A stretch of DNA of 32,000 nt from Candidatus Saccharimonadota bacterium. GTDB taxonomy: Bacteria; Pseudomonadota; Gammaproteobacteria; Johnevansiales; Johnevansiaceae. The notes under the pieces are model-generated. The model did not search any database, was not told the origin of the DNA, and saw only the letters and a program-made list of their open reading frames with translations. The translations under genes were made by a program, and so were the position numbers. Below, piece by piece: positions 12,512 through 25,008 of this stretch (its first letter is position 1; every line of letters starts with the position of its first letter). The DNA is taken from NCBI RefSeq assembly GCF_902713755.1, contig NZ_LR744089.1; one strand, written 5' to 3'.

Positions 12512-13120
12512 ATGAAATTATATTTAAAAGACAAAGTTGTTGAACAAATACGAAATAATATTTTTTTATGTAATATAAAAAATATTTCTAAGTTCTTAAT
12601 TAATTGGGGACGTAAAAATTCTATATGGCCTTATAATTTTGGACTATCATGTTGTTATGTAGAAATGACCACTTCATTTACATCACCTCATGATATATCT
12701 AGATTTGGATCAGAAGTTATTAGGTCATCTCCTAGACAATCGGATTTAATGGTCATTGCTGGAACTTGTTTTATCAAGATGGTACCAGTAATACAACATT
12801 TATATGATCAAATGTTAGATCCAAAATGGGTTATATCAATGGGGTCTTGTGCCAATTCAGGTGGAATGTATGATAGTTATTCAGTTGTACAAGGAGTTGA
12901 TAAATTTTTACCTGTAGATGTTTATATACCAGGATGTCCACCTAGACCTGAAGCTTTTTTACAAGGATTACAATTATTACAAAATTCAATGCATAAAGAA
13001 AAACGTCCTTTATCTTGGATAATCGGTGATCAAAATATTTATCGGTATGATATGCCTAATCAAAAACAAAAAAAATATATTAATCGTATTAAAATAAAAA
13101 AATTACAAAATAATGTTTAA
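12512..13120 (+). CDS. nuoB: NADH-quinone oxidoreductase subunit B
   Basis: [29 protein letters not shown] and PGCPPRPE supply the N2 cluster ligands. I prefer the ATG at 12512, which has GGAG at 12502-12505, over the ORF-track TTG at 12500. Confidence 0.9.
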   Translation: MKLYLKDKVVEQIRNNIFLCNIKNISKFLINWGRKNSIWPYNFGLSCCYVEMTTSFTSPHDISRFGSEVIRSSPRQSDLMVIAGTCFIKMVPVIQHLYDQMLDPKWVISMGSCANSGGMYDSYSVVQGVDKFLPVDVYIPGCPPRPEAFLQGLQLLQNSMHKEKRPLSWIIGDQNIYRYDMPNQKQKKYINRIKIKKLQNNV

Positions 13121-14861
13121 CAAAAAACAAGAACAATTTGTTTTAAAATTATTATATAAAAAATTTGGTAAAAAAAATATTTTATATTCACAAAAGACTT
13201 TTATGGGTATGCCTGTAATATGGGTAAATCCTTATAAATTATTTGATATAATAAAATTTTTACGGTATGGTAAGAAAGAATTTGATATGTTATATGATTT
13301 ACATTGCATAGATGAACGTTTAAGAAATAACAGAAACAATTTACCAAATGCAGATTTTACAGTATTTTACCATTTATTATCATTTAAAAATAATTATGAT
13401 TTAATAATAAAAGTAGCTTTAATAGAACCAAATTTATTATTACCATCAATTGTTAATATTTGGCCAAATGCTAATTGGTATGAACGTGAAGTATATGATA
13501 TGTTTGGAATAAAATTTTATGGGCATCCTAATTTAAGAAGAATATTAATGCCTTTAAATTGGAAAGGATATCCATTACGGAAAGATTATCCATCACGGGC
13601 TACTGAAGTTAAAATTTTTAATATTGATAGATATAATCAATATAAAGAACAATATTCATTATGTTTTATTCCTGAAGAATGGGGTATTTCAAATAATAAA
13701 AATAATATGTTTTTAAATTTTGGTCCTAATCATCCTTCAGCTCACGGTGCTTTTAGAATAATATTACAAATTTATGGAGAAAAAATATTAAAATGTATAC
13801 CCGATATTGGTTATCATCATCGTGGAGCAGAAAAAATGGGAGAAAGACAATCATGGCATAGTTATATACCTTATACTGATCGTATTGATTATACTGGTGG
13901 TGTAATAAATAATATCCCTTATATATTAGCAATTGAAAAAATCGCAAACATCAAAGTTACTGAACGAACCAAAATCATACGTATTATGATGATGGAAATT
14001 TTTAGAATAAATTCTCATATGTTATTTTTAGGTACTTTTTTACAAGATTTAGGCGCTATGAGTACAGTTTTTTTTACTTTTACAGATAGGCAAAAATGTT
14101 ATGAAATAATAGAATCAATTACCGGTTTTCGTATGCATCCTGCTTGGTTTCGTATAGGAGGTTTAGCACACGATTTGCCAAAAGGATGGTATAAATTAAT
14201 CAATAATTTTATTAAATGGATAAATCAAAGGCTTAAAGAATATAATAAAGCAATGATGAATAATTACATATTACGAAAACGTACTAAATTTATTGCTTCT
14301 TATAATACTCAAGAAGCATTTGATTGGGGAATTACTGGACCAAATTTAAGAGCTACTGGTTTTAATTTTGATGTAAGAAAAAATAGACCTTATTCAGGTT
14401 ATGAAAATTTAGATTTTGATATACCAATTGGTAATAATGGAGATGTATTTGATAGAGCAAATATTAGAATTGAAGAAATGTATCAAAGTTTACGTATTAT
14501 TAAACAATGTATAAATAATATCCCAGAAGGTAATATCAAAATTGAACATCCTTTAGTTACACCTCCTAATAGAAAAAATATGTTAAATAATATAGAAACA
14601 TTAATTACACATTTTTTACAAATTTCTTGGGGACCGATATTAGAACCAAATGAAACTTTTCAAATGATAGAAGCTACTAAGGGACTTAATAGTTATTATT
14701 TAATATCTGATGGTAACACAACAAGTTATCGTACTCGTATTCGTACTCCTAGTTATCCTAACTTACAACATCTATCTACAATAATGCAAGGAGAATATAT
14801 ACCAGACATGATAGCACATATTGCAAGTATTGATTTTGTAATGGCCGATGTGGATAGGTAA
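13113..14861 (+). CDS. nuoC: NADH-quinone oxidoreductase fused subunit C/D
   Basis: 582 aa as a single ORF. The NuoC part carries [19 protein letters not shown] and the NuoD part carries NFGP.HPSAHG, HRG.EK and the C-terminal D.VMADVDR. It overlaps nuoB by 8 nt. Confidence 0.93.
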   Translation: MFNKKQEQFVLKLLYKKFGKKNILYSQKTFMGMPVIWVNPYKLFDIIKFLRYGKKEFDMLYDLHCIDERLRNNRNNLPNADFTVFYHLLSFKNNYDLIIKVALIEPNLLLPSIVNIWPNANWYEREVYDMFGIKFYGHPNLRRILMPLNWKGYPLRKDYPSRATEVKIFNIDRYNQYKEQYSLCFIPEEWGISNNKNNMFLNFGPNHPSAHGAFRIILQIYGEKILKCIPDIGYHHRGAEKMGERQSWHSYIPYTDRIDYTGGVINNIPYILAIEKIANIKVTERTKIIRIMMMEIFRINSHMLFLGTFLQDLGAMSTVFFTFTDRQKCYEIIESITGFRMHPAWFRIGGLAHDLPKGWYKLINNFIKWINQRLKEYNKAMMNNYILRKRTKFIASYNTQEAFDWGITGPNLRATGFNFDVRKNRPYSGYENLDFDIPIGNNGDVFDRANIRIEEMYQSLRIIKQCINNIPEGNIKIEHPLVTPPNRKNMLNNIETLITHFLQISWGPILEPNETFQMIEATKGLNSYYLISDGNTTSYRTRIRTPSYPNLQHLSTIMQGEYIPDMIAHIASIDFVMADVDR

Positions 14862-14865
14862 AATT

Positions 14866-15360
14866 ATGAATAATTGTTTAATAAAAAAAATAACAGTTTT
14901 AACTAAAGAAGAAAAAACAGAAATTATTATTGAAAAAAATAATTATGAAAATAGTAAAGCAGCTTCAATTGGTGCTTTAAAAATAATACAAAAATATAGA
15001 GGATGGGTATCAGATCATATTATTAATGAAATTGCAAATATAATAGGAATAACTCCAACTGAGTTAGATAGTATAGCCACATTTTATAATTTAATTTACA
15101 GAAAATCTGTAGGAAAAAATATAATTTTATTATGTGATAGTATTACGTGTTATATAAATGGTTATGAAATTATTTATAATAAATTAAAACATGAATTAGG
15201 AATAAGTATGGGAGAAACTACTAATGATAAACGTTTTACATTATTGCCAGTATGTTGCTTAGGTAATTGTGATAAATCACCAAATATGATGATAAATAAT
15301 GATATTTATTATAATTTAATAAAAAAAAATATAACTAATATATTGGAGCTTTATAAATAA
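14866..15360 (+). CDS. nuoE: NADH-quinone oxidoreductase subunit E
   Basis: AASI.ALKI.QK.RGW, ATFY, and the 2Fe-2S ligands C..C...CCLGNCD. The start is ambiguous. The ORF track gives ATG 14848, which overlaps nuoCD by 14 nt. ATG 14866 gives an N-terminal length closer to E. coli NuoE. Confidence 0.85.
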   Translation: MNNCLIKKITVLTKEEKTEIIIEKNNYENSKAASIGALKIIQKYRGWVSDHIINEIANIIGITPTELDSIATFYNLIYRKSVGKNIILLCDSITCYINGYEIIYNKLKHELGISMGETTNDKRFTLLPVCCLGNCDKSPNMMINNDIYYNLIKKNITNILELYK

Positions 15361-16658
15361 TGATCAATAAACGCCTTACTTCTTTTGGTACAGCTAATTT
15401 AATAAAAAAATCAAAAGAAACTCATCCATTAACTTGGAGATTAAATAAAGAAGGTAATACAATTGGGTTAAATGAATATATACAAAAAGATGGATATCTG
15501 GCAGTAAAATATACTTTAAATAAATTAACTCCAGAAGAGGTAATAATAGAAATAAACAATTCTGGTTTAAAAGGTCGAGGAGGTGCTGGATTTATAACTG
15601 GAATAAAATGGAGTTTAACAAATGAACAAAGTTTGTTATTATGCAATGCTGATGAAATGGAACCTAATACTTATAAAGATAGATTATTATTAGAACAAGA
15701 ACCTCATTTATTAATAGAAGGTATGATAATTGCAGCTTACGCAAATAATTCACACAAAGGGTATATCTTTATAAGAGGAGAATATATTGATGCAATAAAT
15801 ATTATTAATATTGCTATAAAAGAAGCTCGGAATAAAAATTTTTTAGGAAAAAATATTTTAAAGTCTGATTTTTCTTTTGATATATGTATACATTCAGGAG
15901 CTGGAAGATATATTTGTGGTGAAGAAACTGCATTAATTAATTCATTAGAAGGATATAGAGCAAATCCTAGAATAAAACCACCTTACCCTGGTCAAATAGG
16001 TGCGTGGGGTAAACCTACAGTAATAAATAATGTTGAAACATTATGTAATATTCCTTCTATTATAAATAATGGTATTAATTGGTATCATAATTTATGTTTA
16101 CATGGATCAGAAGATCATGGTACTAAACTTATGGGTTGTTCAGGTAAAGTAAAAAATCCTGGATTGTGGGAATTACCAATGGGTATACAGGCTATGGAAA
16201 TATTTGAAGATTATGCTGGAGGGATGATTAATGGTTATAAATTAAAAGCTTGGCAACCTGGTGGAGCTAGTACAGGAATTTTATTACCTAAACATTTAAA
16301 AGTACAAATGTGTTCAAACGGAATAATGAAATTAGGTAATAGAATTGGTACTGCTATTTTATTAGCTATTGATAATACTATTAATATAGTATCTTTATTA
16401 AAAAATATAGAAAAATTTTTTTATAGAGAGTCATGTGGTTGGTGCACTCCGTGTAGAGAAGGATTACCATGGATTGTTAAAATATTAAAAAATTTAGAAA
16501 ATAATAAAGGTAAATATAAAGATATTGATATATTAATAGATTTAACAAGACAATTAACTAATGGAAAAACTTTTTGTGCTCTCGCACCTGGAGCCATAGA
16601 ACCTTTAATTAGTGCAATAAAATATTTTCGTAATGATTTTGATAATTTAATGGTTTAA
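15360..16658 (+). CDS. nuoF: NADH-quinone oxidoreductase subunit F
   Basis: GRGGAGF.TG.KW (FMN/NADH site), [13 protein letters not shown] and [12 protein letters not shown] (N3 cluster). It has a TAATG overlap with nuoE. Confidence 0.95.
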   Translation: MINKRLTSFGTANLIKKSKETHPLTWRLNKEGNTIGLNEYIQKDGYLAVKYTLNKLTPEEVIIEINNSGLKGRGGAGFITGIKWSLTNEQSLLLCNADEMEPNTYKDRLLLEQEPHLLIEGMIIAAYANNSHKGYIFIRGEYIDAINIINIAIKEARNKNFLGKNILKSDFSFDICIHSGAGRYICGEETALINSLEGYRANPRIKPPYPGQIGAWGKPTVINNVETLCNIPSIINNGINWYHNLCLHGSEDHGTKLMGCSGKVKNPGLWELPMGIQAMEIFEDYAGGMINGYKLKAWQPGGASTGILLPKHLKVQMCSNGIMKLGNRIGTAILLAIDNTINIVSLLKNIEKFFYRESCGWCTPCREGLPWIVKILKNLENNKGKYKDIDILIDLTRQLTNGKTFCALAPGAIEPLISAIKYFRNDFDNLMV

Positions 16659-16660
16659 TT

Positions 16661-19324
16661 ATGACAATTATAAATGTAGATAATAAAGATTATGAAATAA
16701 AAAATAATTATAAAAACATATTAGAAATATGTTTATCTTTTGGTATTGATATACCTTATTTTTGTTGGCATCCAATATTAGGAAGTGTAGGGTCTTGTAG
16801 GCAATGTATAATTAAAAGATACAATAATAGAGATGATACAATAGGACATCTGATTATATCGTGCATGACAAAAGTAAAAAATTATGATTTTATATCTACA
16901 AAAGATAAAGAATCTTTAAATTGTCGTTCTAAAATAATTGAATTAATTATGATTAATCATCCTCATGATTGTCCTGTATGTGAAGAAGGTGGACAATGTC
17001 ATCTTCAAGATATGACAGTTATGTTAAAACATAATAGTAGAAGATATAATTTTTATAAAAGAACTCATAAAAACCAATATTTAGGACCTTTTATAAATCA
17101 TGAAATGAATAGATGTATTACTTGTTATCGTTGTATAAGATTTTATAAAGATTATGCGGGTGGTAAAGATTTAGGAGTTTTTGGTAGTAGTAATAATATA
17201 TATTTTGGTAGACTTATGAATGGTAAATTAGAAAATGAATTTTCTGGAAATTTAATAGAAATATGTCCAACAGGTGTATTTACAGATAAACAATATTCTA
17301 TGCATTATGCACGTAAATGGGATTTACAATATGCTCCAAGTATATGTAATGGATGTTCTTGTGGTTGTAATATTAATATAGGAGAACGTTATGGTAAAAT
17401 TCGTAAAATAGAAAATCGTTATAATAGTAAAATTAATAATTATTTTTTATGTGATAGAGGACGTTTTGGTTATGGTTATATAAATAGTGTAAATCGTAAT
17501 CGTATACCTTATATTAATAATAATCCTATTAAATCAATAGATTTAGCTATTGATTATAGTGCTGATATGTTAAACACAGCTAATAGAATTATTGGTATAG
17601 GATCACCAAGAGCTAGTATTGAAAGTAATTTTGCATTATGCACGTTAGTTGGAAAAAAAAATTTTTCTAATGGTATTGAAAAAAATGAATTAGAGTGTCT
17701 ACAATTAATTTTAGATGTTTTATATAAAGGTGCTTTACCTTCTTCTTCAATAATTGATATTCAATATCATGATATCATAATTATCTTAGGTGAAGATATT
17801 ACTCAAGTTTCAGCAAGAATTGCATTATCAGTACGGCAAGCTGCTAAAAGATGTTCTTTTAATATTGCAAAAAAATATAAAATTTCTGAATGGGATATTA
17901 ATTCTGTTAATAATATTTCTAATGGATATAAAAATCCTATATATATTTTTACAACAAATAAAACAATATTAGATGATATAGCTTATGAAAAAATTATATG
18001 TACAAAAAAAGAAATTACAAAACTTGGATTTGCTATAGCTAGTTTTATAGATCATAAATCACCAAAAATAAATTTTAAATCATTTAATAATAAAAATAAA
18101 AAAATTTTATTAAAATTTTTAAATAACTTACGCTGTTCAAAAAGACCATTAATTATTAGTGGTTGTTCACTTAAATATTCTTTAATTTTAAAATCTGCTT
18201 ATAATATATCTCGTGCATTTAAATTTTTAGAAAAAAAAGGTTCTATAATTTTAAATAGTAATGAATCTAATAGTATTGGAGTTACTATGTTAGGAGGTAA
18301 ATCATTAAATTGGGCGATAAATAAACTAATTACAAATAAAGCAGATGCAGTAATAATATTAGAAAATAATATTTATCGTCGTATGAAATCATCTTCAGTT
18401 TATAATGCATTAAAAAATAAAAAAATTATTTTGATTGATTATCAAAGAAATATAACATTTGATAATGCTAATGTTATATTACCTGCAGCAACTATTGCAG
18501 AAGGTAATGGGACCTTAATCAATTACGAAGGTAGAGCACAAAGATTTTTTAAAGTTTATGAACCAAGTTATTATCGTACAGGAGATTTAACAAAAGAAAG
18601 TTGGAGATGGTTACATGCATTAAATATAGCAAAAAAAAATTGTAAGTTAGAATGGATACATTTAAACGATGTAATAAAGGTATGTTCTAAATATAATCCT
18701 ATATTTAGGAATATATTAAAATTATCACAATTTAAAATAAAATTATCACGTTTACCTCACAGGTTTAGTGGACGTACAGCTCTTAATGCTAATATTCAAA
18801 TACATGAAAAAAAAAGTCCTAAAGATATTGATTCAAAATTTACGTTTTCAACAGAAGGTTATAATTGTTCTGAAATAGCATTTGCTTGGTATCCTGGATG
18901 GAATTCGCCTCAAGCATGGAATAAATTTCAAAATGAAGTTGGTGGAAATTTATATGCAGGGAATCCTGGAATAATGTTAATAAATAATTGTAATAAGAAA
19001 AATGAATTAGCATATTATAATAATAATATAAAGTATGAAAAAAATAAAATTTGGCAAATTATACCAATATATCATTTAATAGGTAGTGAAGAACATAGTG
19101 TTTCTATAAAAAAGCCTTATATAATGATAAGTAAACATGATATAAATTTGCTAAAATTAATTCCAGGATCTAAAATTAAAGCAATTATTAATAACCTTGA
19201 ATTAAATATTATAATTAAAAGCACTAATAATATGCGTAATGGTATTATAGGTTTACCGTGTGGTATTAAGGGGATACCAGTAGAAAGTTTTGGTATGTGT
19301 TTTAATTTTATAATAAAAAAATAA
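16661..19324 (+). CDS. nuoG: NADH-quinone oxidoreductase subunit G
   Basis: 887 aa with [27 protein letters not shown], the CI.C.RC.RF cysteine clusters, and a molybdopterin-like C-terminal domain. Confidence 0.93.
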   Translation: MTIINVDNKDYEIKNNYKNILEICLSFGIDIPYFCWHPILGSVGSCRQCIIKRYNNRDDTIGHLIISCMTKVKNYDFISTKDKESLNCRSKIIELIMINHPHDCPVCEEGGQCHLQDMTVMLKHNSRRYNFYKRTHKNQYLGPFINHEMNRCITCYRCIRFYKDYAGGKDLGVFGSSNNIYFGRLMNGKLENEFSGNLIEICPTGVFTDKQYSMHYARKWDLQYAPSICNGCSCGCNINIGERYGKIRKIENRYNSKINNYFLCDRGRFGYGYINSVNRNRIPYINNNPIKSIDLAIDYSADMLNTANRIIGIGSPRASIESNFALCTLVGKKNFSNGIEKNELECLQLILDVLYKGALPSSSIIDIQYHDIIIILGEDITQVSARIALSVRQAAKRCSFNIAKKYKISEWDINSVNNISNGYKNPIYIFTTNKTILDDIAYEKIICTKKEITKLGFAIASFIDHKSPKINFKSFNNKNKKILLKFLNNLRCSKRPLIISGCSLKYSLILKSAYNISRAFKFLEKKGSIILNSNESNSIGVTMLGGKSLNWAINKLITNKADAVIILENNIYRRMKSSSVYNALKNKKIILIDYQRNITFDNANVILPAATIAEGNGTLINYEGRAQRFFKVYEPSYYRTGDLTKESWRWLHALNIAKKNCKLEWIHLNDVIKVCSKYNPIFRNILKLSQFKIKLSRLPHRFSGRTALNANIQIHEKKSPKDIDSKFTFSTEGYNCSEIAFAWYPGWNSPQAWNKFQNEVGGNLYAGNPGIMLINNCNKKNELAYYNNNIKYEKNKIWQIIPIYHLIGSEEHSVSIKKPYIMISKHDINLLKLIPGSKIKAIINNLELNIIIKSTNNMRNGIIGLPCGIKGIPVESFGMCFNFIIKK

Positions 19325-19328
19325 TATT

Positions 19329-20270
19329 ATGAATAATATAATAAAAACTATTATATTTATAGTTTTTATATTTATAAGTGGAGCTTTTATGAGTTTTATA
19401 GAACGTAGGGCTTTAGGTTTATGGCAAGATAGATATGGTCCTAATAGAGTAGGATATTTTGGAATATTACAATTTATAGCTGATGTTATTAAAATTATAT
19501 TTAAAGAAGATTGGATTCCACCATTTTCAGATAATAAATTATTTTTTTTATCACCTATTATATCTTTAATGACAATAATTTTGTCTTTTATTATATTACC
19601 AATTAATAATGAAACTGATTTAAATAATGTTGGAATATTATTTTTTTTAGCTATGGCTGGTATTAATGTATATTCGATTCTGTTTGCTGGATATTCAAGT
19701 TGTAATAAATATGCTCTAATAGGGGCTATTAGAGCTTCAGCTCAATCAATTTCTTACGAAGTATTTATAGGTCTTTCTTTAATGGGTATAGTTTCTATGT
19801 CAGGATCATTTAATATAATAAATATTATTGAATATCAAAATTATCATTTATGGTTTTTAATATCTCAAATAATAGGATTTATTACTTTTTTTATTTCTGG
19901 AATAGCTGTAACACATAGACATCCTTTTGATCAACCAGAATCAGAACAAGAATTAGCTGATGGTTATCATATAGAATTTTCAGGAATGAAATGGGGCATG
20001 TTTTTTATTAGCGAATATGTTAATATTATTTTTATTTCTATTTTAATTGTAAATTTATTTTTTGGTGGGTATATTGGCTCAAGTCTACATTTAGTATTTT
20101 TGTTTATTATTAAAATATTAGTTTTTATTATATTATTTATTATAATTCGTGCTTCTATACCAAGACCAAAATATTATCAAGTAATGAAATTTGGTTGGAA
20201 ATATTGTTTACCTTTAAATTTAATAAATTTACTAGTAACAGGTAGTATAATATTATATTATAATACATAA
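19329..20270 (+). CDS. nuoH: NADH-quinone oxidoreductase subunit H
   Basis: 313 aa, polytopic, with ERR.LG.WQDR.GPNRVG and PFD..E.E.EL..GYH.E.SG. Confidence 0.92.
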   Translation: MNNIIKTIIFIVFIFISGAFMSFIERRALGLWQDRYGPNRVGYFGILQFIADVIKIIFKEDWIPPFSDNKLFFLSPIISLMTIILSFIILPINNETDLNNVGILFFLAMAGINVYSILFAGYSSCNKYALIGAIRASAQSISYEVFIGLSLMGIVSMSGSFNIINIIEYQNYHLWFLISQIIGFITFFISGIAVTHRHPFDQPESEQELADGYHIEFSGMKWGMFFISEYVNIIFISILIVNLFFGGYIGSSLHLVFLFIIKILVFIILFIIIRASIPRPKYYQVMKFGWKYCLPLNLINLLVTGSIILYYNT

Positions 20271-20296
20271 TACATAATACATAATACATAATACAT
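20262..20296 (+). repeat. perfect 7-bp tandem repeat (aatacat) x5 spanning the nuoH stop and ending at the nuoI ATG
   Basis: Read directly: five exact units. The first unit supplies the nuoH codons AAT ACA and the TAA stop (the TAA spans the unit 1/2 boundary). The ATG of nuoI follows the last unit immediately. Confidence 0.9.
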
Positions 20297-20836
20297 ATGA
20301 TAAGAAAATTAATAAATTCAATATTTAGTATTTTTCGTACTATTTATATAATATTTTTACATTCATTTAAAAAAAGAGTAACATTACAATATCCAGAAGA
20401 ATCTGTATATTTATCACCACGTTATAGAGGTCGTATTGTATTAACTAGAGATAATAAAGGTAAAGAACGGTGTGTTGCTTGTAATCTTTGTGCTGTAGTA
20501 TGTCCTGTTGATTGCATATGTTTACAAAAAGGTGAACGTAAAGATGGAAGTTGGTATCCTTTATTTTTTAGAATTAATTTTTCACGTTGTATTTTTTGTG
20601 GATTATGTGAAGAAGCTTGTCCAACTTCAGCAATTCAATTAACACCGGATTTTGAGTTAGGAGAATATAAACGTAAAGATTTAGTTTTTGAAAAAGAAGA
20701 TTTATTAATTTCTGGTACAGGAAAAGATCATTGTTTTAATTTTTATGAAATTACAGGAATATCTATTAGTGGTAAAGGTAAAGGATTTGGTAAAAAAGAA
20801 AAAAAACCAATTAATGTAAAATCATTATTACCATAA
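20297..20836 (+). CDS. nuoI: NADH-quinone oxidoreductase subunit I
   Basis: 179 aa with two 4Fe-4S ferredoxin motifs, [12 protein letters not shown] and [12 protein letters not shown]. Confidence 0.93.
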   Translation: MIRKLINSIFSIFRTIYIIFLHSFKKRVTLQYPEESVYLSPRYRGRIVLTRDNKGKERCVACNLCAVVCPVDCICLQKGERKDGSWYPLFFRINFSRCIFCGLCEEACPTSAIQLTPDFELGEYKRKDLVFEKEDLLISGTGKDHCFNFYEITGISISGKGKGFGKKEKKPINVKSLLP

Positions 20837-20850
20837 AAAAAGGTTGATTT

Positions 20851-21336
20851 GTGTTATTTTATATTTCAGCAACAATTGCAATATTTTCCACATTAAACGT
20901 TATTATTAGTAAAAATATTATACATGCTTTATTAAATTTTATTATATCATTGATTTCAATATCCATGATATTTTTTTTAATTGGAGCAAATTTTGCTGGA
21001 GTGTTAGAAATTATAATTTATGCTGGTGCAATAATGGTATTATTTGTATTTGTTGTAATGATGTTACTTAATCCTATTAATAATAATTTAAGTTTTATTA
21101 AATTAAAAATTTGGATAATTCCATCTATTATGACAATAACTTTATTAGGTTTATTATTAATAACTATTATGAAATATGGTTTAAATAATCGTAATATATT
21201 ATTAGTTAGTAATTTACCACATACTCCACATCCTTTAAGTGTTTTATTATTTACCACTTATTTAATTACTGTAGAAATATCAGCTATAATATTATTAACA
21301 GCTTTAATTGTTGCTTCTTATTTAGGACGTAAATAA
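20851..21336 (+). CDS. nuoJ: NADH-quinone oxidoreductase subunit J
   Basis: 161 aa and hydrophobic, in the conserved operon position, with a YAGAIMVLFVFVVMML motif and a GTG start. Confidence 0.85.
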   Translation: MLFYISATIAIFSTLNVIISKNIIHALLNFIISLISISMIFFLIGANFAGVLEIIIYAGAIMVLFVFVVMMLLNPINNNLSFIKLKIWIIPSIMTITLLGLLLITIMKYGLNNRNILLVSNLPHTPHPLSVLLFTTYLITVEISAIILLTALIVASYLGRK

Positions 21337-21644
21337 TGATTTTAATTCCAATAGATCATGTTTTAATATTATCTTTTATTTTATTTGTAATAGGTATATT
21401 AGGAATATTAATTCGTCGTAATATAATTTTTATATTTATTTGTTTAGAAATAATGTTAAATTCTGCAGCTTTTGTATTTGTTATATCTGGAGAATTTTGG
21501 GGGCAACCAGATGGTCAAATTATGTTTATTTTAATTATGACTTTAGCTGCAGCTGAAATAAGTATTGGGTTAGCTTTATTAATTCAATTACAAAAATATT
21601 TTAAAAGTTTTGATATAGATATAATCAGTAGGTTAAAAGGATGA
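21336..21644 (+). CDS. nuoK: NADH-quinone oxidoreductase subunit K
   Basis: 102 aa with three TM segments and the LEIMLN.A...F and AAAE..IGLA motifs. It has a TAATG overlap with nuoJ. Confidence 0.9.
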   Translation: MILIPIDHVLILSFILFVIGILGILIRRNIIFIFICLEIMLNSAAFVFVISGEFWGQPDGQIMFILIMTLAAAEISIGLALLIQLQKYFKSFDIDIISRLKG

Positions 21645-23533
21645 ATAATATATTAGTTTTTATTTGTTTATTTCCTTTAATTAGTACAATATTACTAGCT
21701 ATCTTTAGATATATGTCAATAATATTAGTACTTATTATTGGTATTGGATCAATAGGATTATCTACAATATTTACAATATTAATAGCAATTAATTATTATT
21801 TAAAACCTAATCCTTTTTTAGAACATATATATAATTGGATTAGTATATATGATTTAAAAATTAATTTTAATTTTTATATTGATGGTTTATCAATAATTAT
21901 GATTTGTATAGTAAATGGAATAGGATTATTAATTCATTTATTTTCTACTTGGTATATGTATGAAAATTTAAAATATAATAAAGATTATTTATTGTCTAGA
22001 TTTTTTATGTATATGAATTTATTTATGTTTAATATGTTGATATTAATATTAGGAGATAATTTAATATTATTATTGTTAGGGTGGGAAGGTGTAGGATTAT
22101 GTTCATATTTATTAATTAGTTATTATTATCGTGTCAATAATAATGTTATTTCTGGGTTTAAAGCTTTTATTACTACAAGAATAGGAGATTTATTTTTTGC
22201 AATAGGCATATTTTTAATATGGAATCAATTTAATACTTTAGATATTCAAAAAATTTTAAATAAAGTATCTATAGTAAATAATAGTAATTATTTTATATAT
22301 GAAATTATTGCTTTTATGTTTATGCTTGGAGCAATAAGTAAATCAGCACAAATACCCTTACATCATTGGTTAATTGATGCTATGGTAGGACCTACTCCCG
22401 TTTCAGCATTAATTCATGCAGCAACTATGATAACATCAGGGGTATATTTAATAATTAGAACACATATATTATTTGAAATAGCACCAATAACCATTAATAC
22501 AATTGGTATTATTGGAACAATTACTTTATTATTAGCAGGTATATCTGCGTTAACTCAAAACAATATTAAACGTATTTTGGCTTGTTCAACACTGAGTCAA
22601 GTAGGTTATATGTTTGTAGCTATAGGAATTAAATCGTGGGATGCCGCTATCTTTCATATTATGATACATGCTTTTTTTAAAGCTTTATTATTTATATCAG
22701 CTGGTTCTTTAATAATCAGTTGTAAACATGAACAAAATATTTTTAAAATTAGATCAATATTCTTATCTTTATCTAAAAAGATAAGAATAAAATATTATTT
22801 TTGTTTTATTATAGGTGGTTCAGCTTTATCAGCATTACCACTTATTACAGCTGGTTTTTATTCTAAAGAAACAATTATTTTGTTATCTTTTATTAGTGGT
22901 AATAAAATCTTTTGGATATTAGGTTTATTTGGTGCGTTTATAACATCTATTTATACATTTCGTACTATATTTATTATATTTAATAAAAATATTAATAAGT
23001 TTATTATTTATTTTAATAACCAAAAAAAATTAATATATAATTTATCACATAATTTACCTTTATTAATATTATTAATATTATCTACTTATTTAGGTTCTTT
23101 AATAAAAATACCTATGCAAAATGAATTAAAAATGTATAATATATTTAATATAGAAATTATATTTAATATAATTTCTTCAATAATTGTCATTTTTGGTATT
23201 AGTATAGCCGCTAAAATATTTTTATTTTCTAATATTTATTATATTGATATAATTGAATTTATTTTAGGAAAATTAGTTCGAAATATAATATATAATATTG
23301 GAGGGTTTGATTGGTTATATATTAATTTATTAATTAAACCTTATTTATATTTAGTTAGGATAAATAAATTTGATTGTATTAATTTAATAATTAATAATAT
23401 TATTAAATTAATTTTATTTTTTAATACTGTAATGATAAAACTACATAATGGTAAATTAAGTTTTTATTTAACAATATTTATTGTTGGTATTATTATTATT
23501 ATAACTACATTATTAATGAGTAATATATTATGA
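21641..23533 (+). CDS. nuoL: NADH-quinone oxidoreductase subunit L
   Basis: 630 aa, antiporter-like, with GWEGVGLCSYLLI, KSAQ.PLH.WL.DAM.GPTPVSALIHAATM and HEQNIFK. Confidence 0.92.
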   Translation: MNNILVFICLFPLISTILLAIFRYMSIILVLIIGIGSIGLSTIFTILIAINYYLKPNPFLEHIYNWISIYDLKINFNFYIDGLSIIMICIVNGIGLLIHLFSTWYMYENLKYNKDYLLSRFFMYMNLFMFNMLILILGDNLILLLLGWEGVGLCSYLLISYYYRVNNNVISGFKAFITTRIGDLFFAIGIFLIWNQFNTLDIQKILNKVSIVNNSNYFIYEIIAFMFMLGAISKSAQIPLHHWLIDAMVGPTPVSALIHAATMITSGVYLIIRTHILFEIAPITINTIGIIGTITLLLAGISALTQNNIKRILACSTLSQVGYMFVAIGIKSWDAAIFHIMIHAFFKALLFISAGSLIISCKHEQNIFKIRSIFLSLSKKIRIKYYFCFIIGGSALSALPLITAGFYSKETIILLSFISGNKIFWILGLFGAFITSIYTFRTIFIIFNKNINKFIIYFNNQKKLIYNLSHNLPLLILLILSTYLGSLIKIPMQNELKMYNIFNIEIIFNIISSIIVIFGISIAAKIFLFSNIYYIDIIEFILGKLVRNIIYNIGGFDWLYINLLIKPYLYLVRINKFDCINLIINNIIKLILFFNTVMIKLHNGKLSFYLTIFIVGIIIIITTLLMSNIL

Positions 23534-25005
23534 TATTGTTATGGTTTTTATTAATACCTTTTATCGGTGGATTATTATCTTTAAGTTTGGAAAAAATAAA
23601 TATAAAATATACACGTATTTCAGCTCTTATTACTATGATAATACTGTTATTTTTATCAATATATTTATATTATTTAAATATAAATACAAACAATATATGG
23701 ATAGTAAAATACCGGACAATATGGATTGATAGATTTGGTATTTATATTAATTTAGCATTAGATGGTATATCTTTAATTATGGTATTATTAACTGTAGTTT
23801 TAGGTTTGTTATCAGTAATTTGTTCTTTTAAAGAAATTAATAAATGTATTGGATTATTTTATTTTAATTTATTATGGATTATAGGTTCAATTATTGGTGT
23901 TTTTCTTGCAATGGATCTTTTTTTATTTTTATTTTTTTGGGAAATAATGATATTTCCAATGTATTTTATAATATATATGTGGGGAAATGCATATAAAGAA
24001 AAAATAGCTATTAAATTTTTTATTTATACTCAAATTTCAGGGTTAATATTATTAATAACAATATTAACTTTAGTAGTTAGTAACTATTATGTAACTGGAA
24101 AAGTTATTTTTGATTATCAATCATTAGTAAATACTCCAATAGGAGATAAATTAGGATTTATATTAATGTTAGGTTTTTTTATTTCTTTCGCAATAAAATT
24201 ACCAATAATACCAATGCATAATTGGTTACCAGATGTTATGGCTAAAACTCCTAAATATGGTAGTTTAGATTTAATAGGTATATTGATAAAAACAGCAGCT
24301 TATGGATTATTAAGATTTAATTTATGTTTATTTCCTAAACAATCACTTTTATTTGCACCTTATGCGATGATACTTGGTATTATTAGTATATATTATGGTG
24401 CAATTTTGGCTTTATCTCAAATAAATATTAAAAGATTAATGGCTTATTCTAGTATATCACATATGGGATATTTATTAATAGCTATTTTTTCAAGTAATAT
24501 TTTATCATTACAAGGAGCTATTATGTTTGTGATATCAAATACATTATCTTCTGCAGGATTAATAATAATTAGTGGATTACTTTATGAACGATTAAATACA
24601 TTTGATATACGTTTTATGGGAGGATTGTTTGGTAAATTAGGAGCAATTCCAGGTTTTGCATTATCATTAACAATAGCGTCATTAGGAATACCAGGAACAG
24701 GAAATTTTATAGGTGAATTTTTAATTTTATTAGGTAATTTTAAATTATATCCAATAATAACTATATGTTCTAGTTTAGGTTTAATATTAACAGCTATATA
24801 TTCATTAAACTTAATACATAAAGTATATTATGGAAAAACAAAAAATAAAAATATAAAAAATATATTTTTAACTTTAAGTGAAGTAAATATATTAAGTATA
24901 ATATTATTATTAATATTTATTATTGGTTTTTATCCACAAATAATATTTGATATATCAATTAAATCTATAACAAAAATCGCACAAACAACAATGTTTTTTT
25001 ATTAA
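23530..25005 (+). CDS. nuoM: NADH-quinone oxidoreductase subunit M
   Basis: 491 aa, antiporter-like (FFWE, K.P..P.H.WLPD...., AYSSISHMG). It has an ATGA overlap with nuoL. Confidence 0.92.
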   Translation: MILLWFLLIPFIGGLLSLSLEKINIKYTRISALITMIILLFLSIYLYYLNINTNNIWIVKYRTIWIDRFGIYINLALDGISLIMVLLTVVLGLLSVICSFKEINKCIGLFYFNLLWIIGSIIGVFLAMDLFLFLFFWEIMIFPMYFIIYMWGNAYKEKIAIKFFIYTQISGLILLITILTLVVSNYYVTGKVIFDYQSLVNTPIGDKLGFILMLGFFISFAIKLPIIPMHNWLPDVMAKTPKYGSLDLIGILIKTAAYGLLRFNLCLFPKQSLLFAPYAMILGIISIYYGAILALSQINIKRLMAYSSISHMGYLLIAIFSSNILSLQGAIMFVISNTLSSAGLIIISGLLYERLNTFDIRFMGGLFGKLGAIPGFALSLTIASLGIPGTGNFIGEFLILLGNFKLYPIITICSSLGLILTAIYSLNLIHKVYYGKTKNKNIKNIFLTLSEVNILSIILLLIFIIGFYPQIIFDISIKSITKIAQTTMFFY

Positions 25006-25008
25006 AAA

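Noticed and set aside
22722-22745. A third partial copy of the dnaN/gyrB repeat in nuoL (taaacatgaacaaaa, peptide KHEQN).
   Set aside because: Only about 15 nt match, which is within chance expectation at this composition. HEQNIFK is a native conserved NuoL motif.
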